62,153 nt of DNA, from positions 1-62,153 of the forward strand of contig CBDUQR010000013.1 of the NCBI GenBank assembly GCA_965369655.1, written 5' to 3'. The DNA comes from an uncultured bacterium (GTDB taxonomy: Bacteria; Zixibacteria; MSB-5A5; JAABVY01; JAHJOQ01). A program made the position numbers and the translations under genes. Positions 60,526-62,153 of the stretch are shown here, in pieces; position 1 is the stretch's first letter; the number at the start of each line of letters is the position of its first letter. The notes below the pieces were generated by a model, which was not told the DNA's origin, made no database searches, and was given only the letters and a program-made list of their open reading frames with translations.

Positions 60526-61863
60526 CTACTGCTGTTTGAACAGTCCTTCGTAGACTCTCTGTAGTTTACCAGAGTGTATGCTCTCCTTGAGTTCTCCTGT
60601 CGGAGTTGTCAGCCAAGCGTGCATAGGATTGTCTTTGATCAATTCGTCAAGATACGCATTCAACTCGGGATCGTTGAACTTGCGTGCCTCGGGCAGCATT
60701 TTGAAATAGAAATGCTGGGCTACGTCATAGATGCCGTGCCACCATGTGTAGTCCGGTCCCATCATAGCGGCGCCGTGTCTGGCGCGCCGACCCTCATGGT
60801 GCCACAGTTCCCAGTATGTCCACTCTATCTTGTTGCCAAAAGCAGCCGGACTCTTCATGAGTTTGCGTTCCTTGACGATCTTCATGATCTCCCCGGCTGG
60901 CTTTGCGAACTTCTCGTTGTAGAGCTTCACAAGGGCATCAAACTGGAAATAGTGACCGTCAGCAAAAGTGCTGCTGTGACACGTTTTACACACTGCCATC
61001 ATATTGGCGCGCTTGGTCTGCCACTCGTCCTTGTGCTTCGATACGGGCGGTCGCAGTGTCCAGCTTATTCTTTCGCCAACGTCATGTGTCACTGCTGTAG
61101 ATGCAGTCGCAGACATATGGCAGGTGGCGCAGGTGGGCGCTTCAAAGTAGTCAACGCCAACAACCCAGCGATCAGAATCGATATTCATGTCATCAATGTG
61201 CGTGTAGTAAGCATTGCCATGCTTGGACTCCTCATATATCTCTTTCTGAGGGTGATCCGGGCCGAGGTGACACTTCGAGCATGCCTCGGGTTGTCTGGCC
61301 TGAGCAACTGAGAAAGAGTGCCTGGTGTGACAGGCGTTGCATGACCCTTTGGAACCATCAGGATTGAGCCGTCCGATCCCGGAGTTGGGCCAGGACTTGG
61401 TAGAAAGGCGGTTGAGCGAATTCGGATCGATCTCCACCTTGCCACCATGACAGCTTTCACAGCCAGTGATAGCTACCGGCGCGCCACCGGCCACATGAGC
61501 CAGATAAGCATCTGCGGACTCGAGAATCTCGCCGGCATGAGCATGATAGGAGTTTTCAACTTCCGTAGCCTCTTTCTGATGGCAAGCACCACAGTCTTTG
61601 GGTGTCACAAGCGTGGCGATAAACCCGCCCTCGTGCATAAACCCGTCTTTGTCCCCTTTCTGGGCTCTATGACAGTCAATACATGTCACCTTGTGCATGG
61701 CGTGCTGGGACATAAACCACTGCTGATAAAGACCTGGGGATTTCTCTTTGTGGCAAGTCATACACTTACCTGCAACCTGAGCCTCCGTTAGTGCAGGGTT
61801 GGCATAGGCAAGCAACGAAAATGACAACATCAACAGCACAATACCTGTAATTCGTTTCATCAT
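60526..61863 (-). CDS. octaheme HAO-family cytochrome c
   Basis: Signal peptide; eight CxxCH (CMTCH, CIDCH, CGACH, CESCH, CNACH, CSKCH, CATCH, CKTCH); GPDHPQKEIY, WHHEGRR, GPDYTWWHG. Confidence 0.88.
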   Translation of the reverse strand: MMKRITGIVLLMLSFSLLAYANPALTEAQVAGKCMTCHKEKSPGLYQQWFMSQHAMHKVTCIDCHRAQKGDKDGFMHEGGFIATLVTPKDCGACHQKEATEVENSYHAHAGEILESADAYLAHVAGGAPVAITGCESCHGGKVEIDPNSLNRLSTKSWPNSGIGRLNPDGSKGSCNACHTRHSFSVAQARQPEACSKCHLGPDHPQKEIYEESKHGNAYYTHIDDMNIDSDRWVVGVDYFEAPTCATCHMSATASTAVTHDVGERISWTLRPPVSKHKDEWQTKRANMMAVCKTCHSSTFADGHYFQFDALVKLYNEKFAKPAGEIMKIVKERKLMKSPAAFGNKIEWTYWELWHHEGRRARHGAAMMGPDYTWWHGIYDVAQHFYFKMLPEARKFNDPELNAYLDELIKDNPMHAWLTTPTGELKESIHSGKLQRVYEGLFKQQ

Positions 61864-61996
61864 GTAGCTCCTGTTATGGTCATCAAGATTCAATCATATA
61901 TACTTTACTCCAGCGAACCAGTCCAACAAAAAATCCCGACCGTCACATCGAAAAGATTCTATCTGAATGTGAGCGCGCCGATGAACGGTCGAGTAG

Positions 61997-62042
61997 GTCG
62001 AAACCCTTGTCTGTCCTGAGCCTGCGAAGGGTGGTTTCGACA
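61997..62042 (-). repeat. right copy of 46-bp inverted repeat flanking cytochrome cassette
   Basis: GTCGAAACCCTTGTCTGTCCTGAGCCTGCGAAGGGTGGTTTCGACA, preceded by GTAG. Confidence 0.8.
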
Positions 62043-62082
62043 TTCTATCCGATCTCAACTCGATTTATGTAATAGGCTATTT

Positions 62083-62153
62083 TGGTAGCGGGGGCAGGAT
62101 TTGTCGCAGATGCTGAGCGAGCGAAGTGAACCTGCGACCTTCGGGTTATGAGC
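62083..62153 (-). tRNA. 3' half of initiator-type tRNA-Met(CAT) with a 25-nt insertion in the T-loop; cut by window edge
   Basis: Minus strand GCTCATAACCCGAAGGTCGCAGGTTC[ACTTCGCTCGCTCAGCATCTGCGAC]AAATCCTGCCCCCGCTACCA. Confidence 0.85.

Noticed and set aside
58629-62083. Integrative element at tRNA-Leu
   Set aside because: No integrase and no duplicated tRNA-Leu 3' end seen in the window

Overview
Bacterial chromosomal window from a probably anaerobic diderm (mlaEF, OmpW-like barrel, multiheme cytochromes, a T9SS-type C-terminal domain remnant); an FCB-related lineage such as Zixibacteria is plausible but this is inference only. 0.2-7.2 kb: a sigma54-preceded operon encoding a small Cys-rich protein, NuoE/HydC-, NuoF/HydB::GltD- and NuoG/HydA-N-like subunits, and an FMN glutamate-synthase-family protein with no glutaminase partner. 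7.3-16.6 kb: accessory patch with an orphan minimal flagellin, ACT protein, DUF2130-like protein, OsmC, a NifS-SelD fusion, a cysK remnant, a decayed IS1182 and MITE/REP debris. 16.6-58.6 kb: mostly housekeeping (rplY, prs, glnA, gatAB, purNCH, coaBC, dnaB, radA, a GT-C glycosylation cluster, accA, mreCD-mrdA-rodA, gap-pgk-tpiA-secG, tRNA-Leu). 58.9-62.1 kb: an octaheme HAO-like plus NapC-like cytochrome cassette bounded by inverted repeats, then a tRNA-Met(CAT) 3' half. Most unusual signals: a 21-25 bp CTTCG-N(2-5)-GCTCAG micro-module seen about 14 times, often inside hairpins including the T-loop of the initiator-type tRNA, and the HydABC-like/GltD/glutamate-synthase redox complex. All calls come from manual reading; no searches were run.
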